Of a stretch of 64,000 bases of DNA, positions 1 to 14,106 are shown in pieces; the stretch's first letter is position 1; each line of letters opens with the position of its first letter. This DNA comes from Macrostomum lignano. Its lineage: Eukaryota. Location: contig NIVC01001101.1 in NCBI GenBank assembly GCA_002269645.1, positions 321,966 to 385,965 of the forward strand, in the 5' to 3' direction. The notes beneath the pieces were generated by a model. The model made no database searches and had not been told where the DNA came from. It saw only the letters and a program-made list of their open reading frames with translations. A program made the translations under genes and the position numbers.

Positions 1-81
1 TAATCCACCACTAAGAATCTCCCTAATCCCTCGTTAGTCCACCACTAAGAGTCACCCTAATCCCCTTTAAATCCTCCCCAG

Positions 82-2426
82 GCCGAGGCGGCAGCTCAGG
101 CCGCTCGGGAGCGCGAAGAAGCCGAGCGCCTTGAACGCCGTCGCAAACTCGAAGCCATCATGAATCGAGTCAAGACCACTCCGGCCTCGTTGCCTAGCAA
201 CGATCCCACATCCGGAGACTCGGCAGACAGTCAAGCTCAGATGCCTCAGCTACCCATGCCAGCCGCTGACGAGACGCCTTCAACAGCTGCAAACCAGATG
301 TCAGCCTCGATGCTGATCTCTTCAGCTGGCACCGCGGCATCTTTGTCGACGCCCAGCATGTCCGCTTCAATGATGTCCGCCTCCTCGTTGAGCACCAACG
401 GCAACGGCAGCAACCCTGCCCTGGCTCGGCTGGTTGCTACTGGCCGGCTCAAAGGCACCAAGGCGGCCGAGATTCTGGCTAGGCACGCTGTGCCGTCGAC
501 ACCGCGGGTGCCGCTGTCGCAGCAGCAGCAGCGGCAGGAAAAGGAGGAGGAGGGGGACACCTCCGTCAGCAGGTCTGCTGCCGCCGCCGCCGATGCAAGG
601 TAAGATTTTAGACCCGTTTATTGACATTGCCTCATTCTTGAGTCACCCCATTCTATGAATCGCCCCCTTTTATGAATCGCCCCACTCTATGAATCGCCCC
701 ATTATATAAATCGTATCATTCTATGAATCGCCCCATTCTATGAATCGCCCCATTCTATGAATCGCCCCATTCTATGAATCACCCCATTCTATGACTCATC
801 CCATTTTAAGAATCGCCCCATTCTATGAATCGCCCCTTTTTATGAATCGCCCCACTCTATGAATCGTCCCATTATATGAATCGTATCATTCTATGATTCG
901 CCCCATTCTTTGAATCGTCCCATTCTATGAATCACCCCATTCTATGACTCATCCCATTTTAAGAATCGCCACATTCTATGAATCGCCCCATTCCATGAAT
1001 CACCCCCATTCTATGACTCATCCCATTTTAAGAATCGCCACATTCTATGAATCGCCCCATTCCATGAATCACCCCATTCTATGACTCATCCCATTTTAAG
1101 AATCGCCACATTCTATGAATCGCCCCATTCTGTGAATCACCCCATTCTATGAGTCACCCCATTCTATGAATCACCTCATTCTATGAATCACCTCATTCTA
1201 TGAATCGCCCCATTCTATGAATCACTTCATTCTATGAATCACTTCATTCTATGAATCACTTCATTCTATGAATCACCCCATTCTATGAATCACTTCATTC
1301 TATGAATCACCCCATTCTATGAATCACCCCATTCTATAAATCACCCCATTCTATGAATCACTTCATTCTATGAATCGCCCCATTCCATGAATCACCCCCA
1401 TTCTATGACTCATCCCATTTTAAGAATCGCCACATTCTATGAATCGCCCCATTCCATGAATCACCCTATTCTATGACTCATCCCATTTTAAGAATCGCCA
1501 CATTCTATGAATCACCCCATTCTGTGAATCACCCCATTCTATGAGTCACCCCATTCTATGAATCACCTCATTCTATGAATCGCCCCATTCTATGAATCGC
1601 CCCATTCTATGAATCACCCCATTCTGTGAATCACCCCATTCTGTGAATCACCCCATTCTATGAATCACCCCATTTTAAGAATCACCCCATTCTATGAATC
1701 GCCCCATTTTAAGAATCGCCCCATTTTAAAAATCGTCATCAGTAAAAATCGAACTTTCTTAAGAATTGCCTCAGCTGAAAAAATCGCCCTAATCTACTTT
1801 CTATGGAATTTTTTTTTACAGAATAAATTACCTGTGTAAAAATAGTTTACTTTTTTCAATACCCTACTTGTAGTAGAAATATAAAGAAAAATACGTTAAA
1901 AATGATTCTCTACTATTAGTAAAAAATATCGTTTATAAACTCGAACGCATGCAGACTGAACGCCAATGCCAATCGATCGAATTCCGAGTCTCCAACAGTT
2001 GAATTTCAAGCCGAAGTTCGCGACCAGAACGACAATGACGACGACGATAGCAACAATGCTGCTGCTGCTGCTGCTGCTGCACAAGAAGACCAGGAAGTCG
2101 CCGAACAGGACGAAGACGTGGACCATCCGGCTTTAGTGGCCAGCAATGTTGAAACTCGCCTAGCCGAAGTTCGCGCCAGACTGGCGGCTTCGAGTACTCG
2201 AAGTCAAAAGCCTGACGGCCTGCTTGGCGAGACAATCTACTCAGTGAGAAGTTCAGCCGATGCTGTGCGGCAAGATGCAGGCCCGATAGCAGCTGCCTCT
2301 GTTGCAGACAATGCAGCAGACACTTCGGTTGCTAAGGATGAGAACACGGAGAGCGGGGTCAGCTCCCCGGGCGATGCAGGCCCGCACTCGCCATTGGCTG
2401 TCATGGCAACTGCAGGCAACAATTGA
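82..2426 (+). CDS. Last two exons (82-599, 1955-2426) of a MAP7/ensconsin-like gene, copy A
   Basis: Acceptor cctccccag|GCC at 81/82, donor AG|gtaaga at 599/600 (phase 2), acceptor gcag|A at 1954/1955 restores the frame into ORF 2118-2426. Peptide REEAERLERRRKLEAIMNRVK resembles the MAP7-domain end (EEQERLERKKRLEEIMKRTR). Family call from memory. Confidence 0.6.
638..1735. repeat. Intronic minisatellite, 17-bp unit ATTCTATGAATC(G/A)CCCC
   Basis: Direct tandem repeats visible between the two MAP7-like exons. Confidence 0.95.
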
Positions 2427-3715
2427 ATTATTATTGAGTGATTGTTATGTATATCATGCATATATTATGATATTGCCTATTGCTCAATATATTACTCATT
2501 TAGTAGTATGCTATTATACTGTTAATATATTTGCGCTGTGAATTAGTGAAAGTAAATTGGTTATTAATAAATCTATCTGTTTGCCCTTTGCTAATTTGTT
2601 GTTTTGGTCGCAGAAACTAATTTGCTTTTATGTTGGTCTTCATTCGCAATCTACCCCTATTTGATAAAGTTTTTTTTATGAATTTTATTTCTATTTTTAG
2701 TTGCTTTTATTGCCGTCTTTTTGTGTGTTTTTTGTTGGAAAATATAACAATTGCTCTGGTTACAAAAGCCATCCCAGACTCTGTGTCGGCTTCCCATTGT
2801 TGGTTCTCCGTCATCTCCCATGAGTATTTGTCATTCTTCATTGCCATTTAATCATTAAAAACCCCGAGTTTGATTCTGTGTTTTAGTCTGTTTATACTAC
2901 TGCAGCAGCGTGAGCAGTAGCGTGATGCAAATATTAATGCGGATATAAATTTAACTTGAACTGCTATTTTTAAAAGAACAACATAATCGACTTCTTAATT
3001 AATTGAATTGCTACTCAACTTGTCTTCAACCTAGCTACTAAAAGTAGTATTGATTCAATCTACAATGCAATGCAAATGAGCAACCGACTGCAATATACAA
3101 TCGTAAATACAAGCATTATTTACGAGTGTATTAACTCTATTTTTTAGCTTTTATTTATTTTGACTTCACTCTTACGAGCGTGCAATTTCTGATATAAACA
3201 GAACCCGCTTGCTCTAGTTTCACCTGGATGAAGTGTGTTTGCGTTTATTTTTCTTCATTTAGACTGTATAATTTGCTTATACGACCTACTAATCAGTAGT
3301 AATGAACGAATATTCGTATATATTTTTGGTGTGCTTTCCTAATTATAATCAAATTTTCTAATACTTAACTGAAGCATCATTGCTACTCAGTGTCCTGATT
3401 CGCTCTTTCGACTATTGCTACTTTCTCAGTAGTACCTTGTGTACATCCGTTACAAACTTTGTCGAGTTGAAAGCATCAATAAAACAAAATAAACTGACTG
3501 AAAAATGGGTTATTGTCCAAAAACTGCTTGACTAACGATCTGTGAGCTTTTCTACACTTGAACTGTGTACTTTGGCAGAACTAGCTCTAATTGATATTGC
3601 CTTGTGTTGTCATCTATTCATTTTTCCTCATTTTAGTTTACTAAGCCACATACAAACAACTCAGTTTTAGGATATAGGATTGAAGTATTTAAAGAGGGAA
3701 AGCCAACCACATTAC

Positions 3716-4150
3716 TCACCCGCAATGTACACTCGCTGCCAGACCAGACCCGCTACAACCCCCACCCCTCACCCGCAATGTACACTCGCTGCCAGGCCAA
3801 ACCCGCCACAACCCCCACCCATCACCCGCAATGTACACTCGCTGCCAGACCAGACCCGCTCCAACCCCCACCCATCACCCGCAATGTACACTCGCTGCCA
3901 GACCAGACCCGCTCCAACCCCCACCCATCACCCGCAATGTACAATCGCTGCCAGGCTAGACCCGCTACAACCCCCACCCATCACCCGCAATGTACACTCG
4001 CTGCCAGGCCAAACCCGCTCCAACCCCACACCTCACCCGCAATGTACACTCGCTGCAAGCCCAGGCCCGCTCCAACTCCAACCCCTCACCCGCAATGTAC
4101 ACTCGCTGCTAGGCCAGACCCGCTCCAACTCCAACCCCTCACCCGCAATG
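3716..4150. repeat. ~53-bp tandem repeat (CCCGCAATGTACACTCGCTGCCAGACCAGACCCGCTCCAACCCCCACCCATCA), ~8 units
   Basis: Visible tandem units; second copy at ~15395-15830 and one isolated unit at ~43725-43773. Confidence 0.9.
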
Positions 4151-5921
4151 TAAATTTAATCACAGCAGCCGCCGTTTTCAATCGATTTATTATTATTTGC
4201 CATCTGTCAAACGGGATGGGATTTCAAATCGCGAATTCGGTTTAGCAGCACGCTGAAGCCTCGTGGCTTTTACCATATGGCATGTCAGCCGTGCTACCTG
4301 CAGTTCATTCTCAACTGCCTCATGCACATGACATACCGGATGCAAATTAGTCAACTGCTTGCTGTTCCTCTTCAACCCTGCTCATTTGCAATACAGGCAG
4401 ATGGTGTAGACTCTACTAATGATTGATGAAGCAGATACTGCAACTTTGCCTGATGGTGATGGCTCATTCTCATCACCATCAAAGTCCATAATCACACTGC
4501 TTGTGTGATTTTTTGTACGACTGAAATAAAAGGTGAAAGAGAGAGGGTCCTGTCATGCAGTATATAAGTTTTTTGCCAGTTTACCAAATACATATATGCT
4601 AGATAAAGCCAGAAAAAGTAGTCAAGCATGGCTAATGCTACTACAGCCCCTTTCCTTATTTAAGCTGAGCTCTTTAGTTTTTTTAAAAGAACAAGATAGC
4701 AATTATTAATTTATAAAAGGATTACACATATTGTAAACAACATAAACAAACAACTATTTCTGAATTAATTATAATAAAAGGAAAATGATAATATAGTACA
4801 ATATAAATATCATAGTACCATCGAGATCTAACCTTTGCTTAAGTTGGCCAAAATAGTTATGAATAGTTTCTTAAATATTTAAACCCTTTAGCATAGAGAA
4901 ATTTCTTAGGAATGGCATATGTACCGTCACAGGAAAATTTCAAAGTGAACAGTGCAAGTCCCATGATAATTGGTTGATTCACATTTTAAAATTTATCACA
5001 TAAATAGAGACAATAGAGTCAGCATCAGTTTAATTCATGTGAATATGCCATGGGTAAATGCTTTAATGCTTATTAAAAAAGCCCTTTTGTCAAAAGAATA
5101 TAAGTTACGAAAGCTATAGCTAGTGAGCTACTATTTATACTAAACAGTGTTATGGAGATATATAGTTAATACAATGCTTATAGCCTGTCATAAATAATAT
5201 ATTTATAAATATTTATGGTATTAACTATTAACCCTGATGATGATGGCATATATGTATATGAGTATGCAAGCTACCATAATCGTGCAAATCTGACAAATGC
5301 ATTTTTGGCCAATATATATATTGTGTTATATATTCATATGCACATACCAACTGCAAATATACTTTGAATACTTGTTACTCGTAAAGTTGAATGAAAAAAA
5401 TTACGAGCGTACACAACTAATGCTATCTTACACTACCAGTACTAGGCCCTTATCCGAAGGCCCTATCCAATGTAATTATTGCAATGTGTATTGTACCTGG
5501 ATAAATTGCTAAAGGAAGTTTCTTTGAAAGATTTAAATTAGGATGGTTTTGCAGGGAAGTAATAGCTGAAAAAGGTATTTGGACGAGTCCGGGTCAGTTG
5601 AATATGTGCCATTTTATTATCGCAGACAGCAATACAATAATTATAAGAAAAATTATAACTCACATTGTGAGTTTTGTTCTAAAATTGTGTTGCATGAAAA
5701 CTATTGCAATAATAATTATTTTTTCAATTTTTTTCGACTAGTGCTCAGCTTCATCGGAAATGACTGGCTCGACGCTGCGCCCCCGCGCTGCCATCGCAAC
5801 GCCGCCACCCCAAATGATGAGTTGGGAAGCTGCATAAAGCCCGCAGTCCTGCAGCAGGCGAGAGGCACAAAAGCGACAAGCACATCCCATCTCCGTAAGA
5901 CTCCCCACAGCCGCTCTGACC

Positions 5922-6677
5922 ATGCAGACTTTGTCAATTCTGCCGCTGATTCTCTGCTGTTGCATCGCTCTCGGCCACTCGCTGGGCGCTGAATTCGGCC
6001 ATTTGGGCTGCTTCGTGGACGAAGGAACTCCAAACCGAGACCTCACCGGTCTTGTTGGCTTGTCCACCATCGGGCCCCACTCGAAGACGCCGGGCGCGGG
6101 CGACGTCGCACATAGCAGCATGACTTTGGAGCTTTGCAGCGAAATCTGCACGTATGGAAAATTCCGCTACTTTGGTGTTCAAAATTCAGCTGGTTGCTTC
6201 TGCGGAAACTCGTACGGCCGACACGGCAAGGCAGCCGACAGCGACTGCAACATGGCCTGCGCTGGAAACTCCGCCCAAATCTGCGGAGGGTCGGGGCGAA
6301 ACTCCGTGTACCGGCAGGTCTACAATCGTCCAGGTGAGCGTAGCGGAATTTACAATCAATGCTGTTCTACTTTTACATGTACATGCACTTCCCCACTTGC
6401 CCACCAGAGTAGCGGAGCAGTCGATATCTCTTCTGTCTTTTCAGATAGCGAATATTTTGCTTTGGCTGACCGAGACTACGTGAACGTGACCTCTACCCGC
6501 GGGCCCTTCTACCGCACCGAGCAGCCCGTCAGGAGTCTGACTGAATGCCTACTAGCTCGCTGCGTCACAGACTGCCAGGCCGTGCTGTTCCACCTGGACG
6601 CCTGCCACCTGCTGAGATTCCCCGTTCTGCCACACGAGCTGAAGAACGTCGCTGGGAAGTTCGCCACCCGCGTGTGA
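5922..6677 (+). CDS. Secreted WSC-domain + PAN/Apple-like protein, copy A (probable 111-nt intron 6334-6444)
   Basis: Hydrophobic signal peptide; WSC pattern LGCF..C..IC...YFGVQ....CFCG......C...C.G....CGG...SVY; GTGAG donor and TTTTCAG acceptor in frame; C-terminal ECLLARCVTDCQAVLF...CHL PAN-like Cys pattern. Confidence 0.85.
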   Translation: MQTLSILPLILCCCIALGHSLGAEFGHLGCFVDEGTPNRDLTGLVGLSTIGPHSKTPGAGDVAHSSMTLELCSEICTYGKFRYFGVQNSAGCFCGNSYGRHGKAADSDCNMACAGNSAQICGGSGRNSVYRQVYNRPGERSGIYNQCCSTFTCTCTSPLAHQSSGAVDISSVFSDSEYFALADRDYVNVTSTRGPFYRTEQPVRSLTECLLARCVTDCQAVLFHLDACHLLRFPVLPHELKNVAGKFATRV

Positions 6678-8012
6678 GGGACCACCTGATTCGAAGCAAG
6701 GAGTCTCGGCTGCTTAAGCCTTCTGGTTGCTGAACTCTGATTTCTGACACCATCCGATTGCTGCAAGTCTAACCATAGGGCATAGTTAATTTATACTCAA
6801 GACAAATCACCTGAGTTCAAATAAAATGACAATATTCACTGCCGAAAAGAAAGAACTTTAGCGGCTTCTGAGCAGTAGCTTATTGGCAAATAAATTCGTT
6901 TTTTATCCTGATCGATCGAGCCAGCTACAGCAGGCACAATGGCAGCAGTAGCAACCAAAGCATATTGCTGACACACTATTGACTCTAAGCAGTATCAGAT
7001 TCACAAGAACGAATCAGATCCAGAAGCCACTCAGTTCACTCACTCCTGTGTCAGCTCTTGCAACGCTCAATATTCACGCCAATTTCTCTGCATTGGAAAA
7101 CTTTTCTGCCTCCATAAGGCGCGCTGGCACCTCAGAGGTTGCAGAATAAATTTAGAGTGTTATGCTCCGAAATACTACTTGCACAGCTGAAGCCACAACA
7201 GCTTCTGGTAGCTGACATCCCAGGTTCACAATATGCTAGCATATGGTTTAAACGCCTTAAAACCTTTAGCACCTGCACATTAATAACTTCGTACTCATAT
7301 AAATGGAAGTGAGAATAGGAATCGCAGCATTCGATGGATAGGATGGCCGAGTACCGACTGACCGAAAGTACAAACTAGTCTGACGAAGCTGTTAATTAGT
7401 TTAACAGCAGTCAGTGAGCAGGCCAGATACAGGTGAAATAATTAACAGTGGAGCTCCAAGTTTTTTCTGCCCGTCTCCACCGCGGGGGCAGGGGGCGTGT
7501 TCCTCCCAGTAAGCTATAAAATTTGCGCATATTGGTTGCCATGGAAACGGGTAGGAGGCTTCTTCATTGATTTTTCAACTGCAGAAAAACCCACCAATTT
7601 ATCCCATTAGCATGCAGGCACTTCGTCTGTGCATGCAGCGTTTGGTGTATGAGGCTGAGCTCATCCCCAACGCATCATCCATTTTAACTGTAGCATTGAA
7701 CTACGCGCTGCCGACTCTCCTGTGTGTCCGACAGATAAAGTTTTTTTTCTGGGGTAGGGCGATCAGAAATAACTTAATGCATGTGAAGTGACATGGAGTG
7801 AGGTGTGGAGTTGGGAAGAGGCAATCAACAACCTCTCTGTAATGCAGTTGACAACTGGAAAATAGCAGACTGCTCAATTGCTTTCAGTTAGCTTAGCTTG
7901 CATTGATGGCTTTATACGAGCTTACATACTCGTACTAACGAAGCGCTTTGTACATGTTTTCGTTATTCCACACTTTTGAATCATGCTTCAATTGGCTGTA
8001 TTGAGTTAGTTT

Positions 8013-10462
8013 ACCATAAAGAACTGTGATGTGTCTTAGTTTGACCATAGACAACTGTGATGTGTCTTAGTTTGACCATAGACAACTGTGATGTGTGTCT
8101 TAGTTTGACTATAGACAACTGTGATGTGTGTCTTTGTTTGACCATAGAAAACACTGTGATGTGTGTCTTAGTTTGACAATAGAAAACTGTGATGTGTGTC
8201 TTAGTTTGACCATAGACAACACTGTGATGTGTGCCTTAGTTTGACAATAGACAACTGTGATGTGTGTCTAATTAGTTTGACTATAGACAACTGTGATGTT
8301 TGTCTTAGTTTGACCATAGAAAACACTGTGATGTGTGTCTTAGTTTGACCATAGACAACTGTGATGTGTGCCTTAGTTTGACCAAAGACAACTGTTATGT
8401 GTGTCTTAGTTTGACCATAGACAACACTGTGATGTGTGTATTAGTTTGACCATAGACAACTGTGATGTGTGCCTTAGTTTGACTATAGACAACTGTGATG
8501 TGTGCCTTAGTTTGACCAAAGACAACTGTGATGTGTGTCTTAGTTTGACCATAGACAACTGTGATGTGTGTCTTTGTTTGACCATGGACAGCACTGTGAT
8601 GTGTGTCTTAGTTTGACAATAGAAAACACTGTGATGTGTGTCTTAGTTTGACCATAGACAACTGTTATGTGTGTCTTAGTTTGACCATAGACAACACTGT
8701 GATGTGTGCCTTAGTTTGACCGTAGACAACTGTGATGTGTGTCTTAGTTTGACCATAGACGACTGTGATGTGTGTCTTAGTTTGACCATAGAAAACACTG
8801 TGATGTGTGTCTTAGTTTGACCATAGACAACTGTGATGTGTGCCTTAGTTTGACCAAAGACAACTGTTATGTCTGTCTTAGTTTGACCATAGACAACACT
8901 GTGATGTGTGTATTAGTTTGACCATAGACAACTGTGATGTGTGCCTTAGTTTGACTATAGACAACTGTGATGTGTGCCTTAGTTTGACTATAGACAACAC
9001 TGTGATGTGTGCCTTAGTTTGACCGTAGACAACACTGTGATGTGTGTCTTAGTTTGACCATAGACAACTGTTATGTGTGTCTTAGTTTGACCATAGACAA
9101 CACTGTGATGTGTGCTTTAGTTTGACCGTAGACAACTGTGATGTGTGCCTTAGTTTGACCAAAGACAACTGTGATGTGTGCCTTAGTTTGACTATAGACA
9201 ACTGTGATGTGTGTCTTAGTTTGACCATAGACAACTGTGATGTGTGTCTTTGTTTGACCATGGACAGCACTGTGATGTGTGTCTTAGTTTGACCATGGAC
9301 AGCACTGTGATGTGTGTCTTAGTTTGACAATAGACAACACTGTGATGTGTGTCTTAGTTTGACCATAGACAACTGTTATGTGTGTCTTAGTTTGACCATA
9401 GACAACACTGTGATGTGTGTCTTAGTTTGACCGTAGACAACTGTGATGTGTGTCTTAGTTTGACCATAGAAAACACTGTGATGTGTGCCTTAGTTTGACC
9501 ATAGACAACTGTGATGTGTGTCTTAGTTTGTCCATAGAAAACACTGTGATGTGTGTCTTAGTTTGACCATAGACAACTGTGATGTGTGCCTTAGTTTGAC
9601 CAAAGACAACTGTGATGTGTGTCTTAGTTTGACCATAGACAACTGTGATGTGTGTCTTTGTTTGACCATGGACAGCACTGTGATGTGTGTCTTAGTTTGA
9701 CAATAGACAACACTGTGATGTGTGTCTTAGTTTGACCATAGACAACTGTTATGTGTGCCTTAGTTTGACCGTAGACAACTGTGATGTGTGTCTTAGTTTG
9801 ACCATAGAAAACACTGTGATGTGTGCCTTAGTTTGACCATAGACAACTGTGATGTGTGTCTTAGTTTGACCATAGACAACTGTGATGTGTGTCTTAGTTT
9901 GACCATAGAAAACACTGTGATGTGGGTCTTAGTTTGACCATAGACAACTGTGATGTGTGTCTTAGTTTGACCGTTGACAACTGTGATGTGTGTCTTAGTT
10001 TGACAATAGACAACTGTGATGTGTGTCTTAGTTTGACCATAGAAAACACTGTGATGTGTGCCTTAGTTTGACCATAGACAACTGTGATGTGTGTCTTAGT
10101 TTGACCATAGACAACTGTGATGTGTGTCTTAGTTTGACCATAGAAAACACTGTGATGTGGGTCTTAGTTTGACCATAGACAACTGTGATGTGTGTCTTAG
10201 TTTGACCGTTGACAATTGTGATGTGTGTCTTAGTTTGACAATAGACAACTGTGATGTGTGTCTTAGTTTGACCATAGAAAACACTGTGATGTGTGTCTTA
10301 GTTTGACCATAGAAAACACTGTGATGTGGGTCTTAGTTTGACCATAGAAAACACTGTGATGTGTGTCTTAGTTTGATCATAGACAACATTGTGATGTGTG
10401 TCTTAGTTTGATCATAGACAACATTGTGATGTGTCTTAGTTTGACCATAGACAACATTTTGA
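8013..10462. repeat. Satellite, 33/35-bp unit GTTTGACCATAGACAAC(AC)TGTGATGTGTGTCTTA
   Basis: About 2.4 kb of direct tandem units. Confidence 0.97.
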
Positions 10463-10691
10463 TGAATGCTGAATTCTTCTAAGAAAGCAGTAAGAAAGAA
10501 ATTAAAAGCTGCTTGTGTGATTTCAAGCTACTATAGTGCTGGTGCCTCTCGTCAAACAGCTGTGCTTATTATAATTGGATTATTATTAATTAATCTTCCT
10601 TTCGACAGTCACAATGATTTCCAGATTGGATACCGGTACATCAAGAAAGCTCATCAGGAGAAGCAGTCTCTGAAAGCCAAGAAGCGCTCGG

Positions 10692-11745
10692 TAATCCGCC
10701 ACTAAGAGTCACCCTTATCCCTCGTTAGTCCATCCCTAAGAGTCACCCTAATCCCTCGTTAGTCCATCCCTAGGAGTCACCCTAATCCCTCGTTAATCCA
10801 TCACTAAGAGTCACCCTAATCCCTCGTTAATCCACCAGTAAGAGTCACCCTAATCCCTCGTTAATCCACCAGTAAAGAGTCACCCTAATCCCTCGTTAAT
10901 CCACCAGTAAGAATCTCCCTAATCCCTCGTTAATCCACCACTAAGAATCTCCCTAATCCCTCGTTAATCCACCACTAAGAATCTCCCTAATCCCTCGTTA
11001 ATCCACCAGTAAAGAGTCACCCTAATCCCTCGTTAATCCACCAGTAAGAATCTCCCTAATCCCTCGTTAATCCACCACTAAGACTCTCCCTAATCCCTCG
11101 TTAATCCACCACTAAGAATCTCCCTAATCCCTCGTTAATCCACCAGTAAAGAGTCACCCTAATCCCTCGTTAATCCACCAGTAAGAATCTCCCTAATCCC
11201 TCGTTAATCCACCACTAAGAATCTCCCTAATCCCTCGTTAATCCACCACTAAGAATCTCCCTAATCCCTCGTTAGTCCACCACTAAGAGTCACCCTAATC
11301 CTTCGTTAATCCACCACTAAGAATCTCCCTAATTCCTCGTTAATCCACCAGAAAGAGTCACCCTAATCTTTCGTTAATCCACCAGTAAGAATCTCCCTAA
11401 TCCCTCGTTAATCCACCACTAAGAATCTCCCTAATCCCTCGTTAATCCACCACTTAGAGTCACCCTAATCTTTCGTTAATCCACCACGAAGAATCTCCCT
11501 AATCCTTCGTTAATCCACCACTAAGAATCTCCCTAATCCCTCGTTAGTCCACCACTAAGAGTCACCCTAATCTTTCGTTAATCCACCACTAAGAATCTCC
11601 CTAATCCCTCGTTAATCCACCACTTAGAGTCACCCTAATCTTTCGTTAATCCACCACGAAGAATCTCCCTAATCCTTCGTTAATCCACCACTAAGAATCT
11701 CCCTAATCCCTCGTTAGTCCACCACTAAGAGTCACCCTAATCCCC
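10692..11745. repeat. Satellite, ~34-bp unit TAATCCACCACTAAGA(G/A)TC(A/T)CCCTAATCCCTCGT
   Basis: Direct tandem units; the same family occurs at 1-65, 23731-23804 and 43672-43723. Confidence 0.95.
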
Positions 11746-11761
11746 TTTAAATCCTCCCCAG

Positions 11762-14106
11762 GCCGAGGCGGCAGCTCAGGCCGCTCGGGAGCGCGAAGAA
11801 GCCGAGCGCCTTGAACGCCGTCGCAAACTCGAAGCCATCATGAATCGAGTCAAGACCACTCCGGCCTCGTTGCCTAGCAACGATCCCACATCCGGAGACT
11901 CGGCAGACAGTCAAGCTCAGATGCCTCAGCTACCCATGCCAGCCGCTGACGAGACGCCTTCAACAGCTGCAAACCAGATGTCAGCCTCGATGCTGATCTC
12001 TTCAGCTGGCACCGCGGCATCTTTGTCGACGCCCAGCATGTCCGCTTCAATGATGTCCGCCTCCTCGTTGAGCACCAACGGCAACGGCAGCAACCCTGCC
12101 CTGGCTCGGCTGGTTGCTACTGGCCGGCTCAAAGGCACCAAGGCGGCCGAGATTCTGGCTAGGCACGCTGTGCCGTCGACACCGCGGGTGCCGCTGTCGC
12201 AGCAGCAGCAGCGGCAGGAAAAGGAGGAGGAGGGGGACACCTCCGTCAGCAGGTCTGCTGCCGCCGCCGCCGATGCAAGGTAAGATTTTAGACCCGTTTA
12301 TTGACATTGCCTCATTCTTGAGTCACCCCATTCTATGAATCGCCCCCTTTTATGAATCGCCCCACTCTATGAATCGCCCCATTATATAAATCGTATCATT
12401 CTATGAATCGCCCCATTCTATGAATCGCCCCATTCTATGAATCGCCCCATTCTATGAATCACCCCATTCTATGACTCATCCCATTTTAAGAATCGCCCCA
12501 TTCTATGAATCGCCCCTTTTTATGAATCGCCCCACTCTATGAATCGTCCCATTATATGAATCGTATCATTCTATGATTCGCCCCATTCTTTGAATCGTCC
12601 CATTCTATGAATCACCCCATTCTATGACTCATCCCATTTTAAGAATCGCCACATTCTATGAATCGCCCCATTCCATGAATCACCCCCATTCTATGACTCA
12701 TCCCATTTTAAGAATCGCCACATTCTATGAATCGCCCCATTCCATGAATCACCCCATTCTATGACTCATCCCATTTTAAGAATCGCCACATTCTATGAAT
12801 CGCCCCATTCTGTGAATCACCCCATTCTATGAGTCACCCCATTCTATGAATCACCTCATTCTATGAATCACCTCATTCTATGAATCGCCCCATTCTATGA
12901 ATCACTTCATTCTATGAATCACTTCATTCTATGAATCACTTCATTCTATGAATCACCCCATTCTATGAATCACTTCATTCTATGAATCACCCCATTCTAT
13001 GAATCACCCCATTCTATAAATCACCCCATTCTATGAATCACTTCATTCTATGAATCGCCCCATTCCATGAATCACCCCCATTCTATGACTCATCCCATTT
13101 TAAGAATCGCCACATTCTATGAATCGCCCCATTCCATGAATCACCCCATTCTATGACTCATCCCATTTTAAGAATCGCCACATTCTATGAATCACCCCAT
13201 TCTGTGAATCACCCCATTCTATGAGTCACCCCATTCTATGAATCACCTCATTCTATGAATCGCCCCATTCTATGAATCGCCCCATTCTATGAATCACCCC
13301 ATTCTGTGAATCACCCCATTCTGTGAATCACCCCATTCTATGAATCACCCCATTTTAAGAATCACCCCATTCTATGAATCGCCCCATTTTAAGAATCGCC
13401 CCATTTTAAAAATCGTCATCAGTAAAAATCGAACTTTCTTAAGAATTGCCTCAGCTGAAAAAATCGCCCTAATCTACTTTCTATGGAATTTTTTTTTACA
13501 GAATAAATTACCTGTGTAAAAATAGTTTACTTTTTTCAATACCCTACTTGTAGTAGAAATATAAAGAAAAATACGTTAAAAATGATTCTCTACTATTAGT
13601 AAAAAATATCGTTTATAAACTCGAACGCATGCAGACTGAACGCCAATGCCAATCGATCGAATTCCGAGTCTCCAACAGTTGAATTTCAAGCCGAAGTTCG
13701 CGACCAGAACGACAATGACGACGACGATAGCAACAATGCTGCTGCTGCTGCTGCTGCTGCACAAGAAGACCAGGAAGTCGCCGAACAGGACGAAGACGTG
13801 GACCATCCGGCTTTAGTGGCCAGCAATGTTGAAACTCGCCTAGCCGAAGTTCGCGCCAGACTGGCGGCTTCGAGTACTCGAAGTCAAAAGCCTGACGGCC
13901 TGCTTGGCGAGACAATCTACTCAGTGAGAAGTTCAGCCGATGCTGTGCGGCAAGATGCAGGCCCGATAGCAGCTGCCTCTGTTGCAGACAATGCAGCAGA
14001 CACTTCGGTTGCTAAGGATGAGAACACGGAGAGCGGGGTCAGCTCCCCGGGCGATGCAGGCCCGCACTCGCCATTGGCTGTCATGGCAACTGCAGGCAAC
14101 AATTGA
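11762..14106 (+). CDS. Duplicated last two exons (11762-12279, 13635-14106) of the MAP7-like gene, copy B
   Basis: Same sequence and splice sites as copy A at offset 11,680; no 5-prime exons recognised in the duplicated unit. Confidence 0.55.
12318..13415. repeat. 17-bp minisatellite, copy B
   Basis: Copy of 638-1735. Confidence 0.95.

Noticed and set aside
10609-10690. Possible extra exon (HNDFQIGYRYIKKAH...KRS) in phase with the MAP7-like exon
   Set aside because: Weak GTAATC donor, no family match, and the paralogue at ~23650-23730 differs mostly by amino-acid-changing substitutions.
10692-11745. Telomeric array (each unit contains CCCTAA)
   Set aside because: Only one hexamer per 34-bp unit, not tandem TTAGGG; an ordinary intronic satellite.
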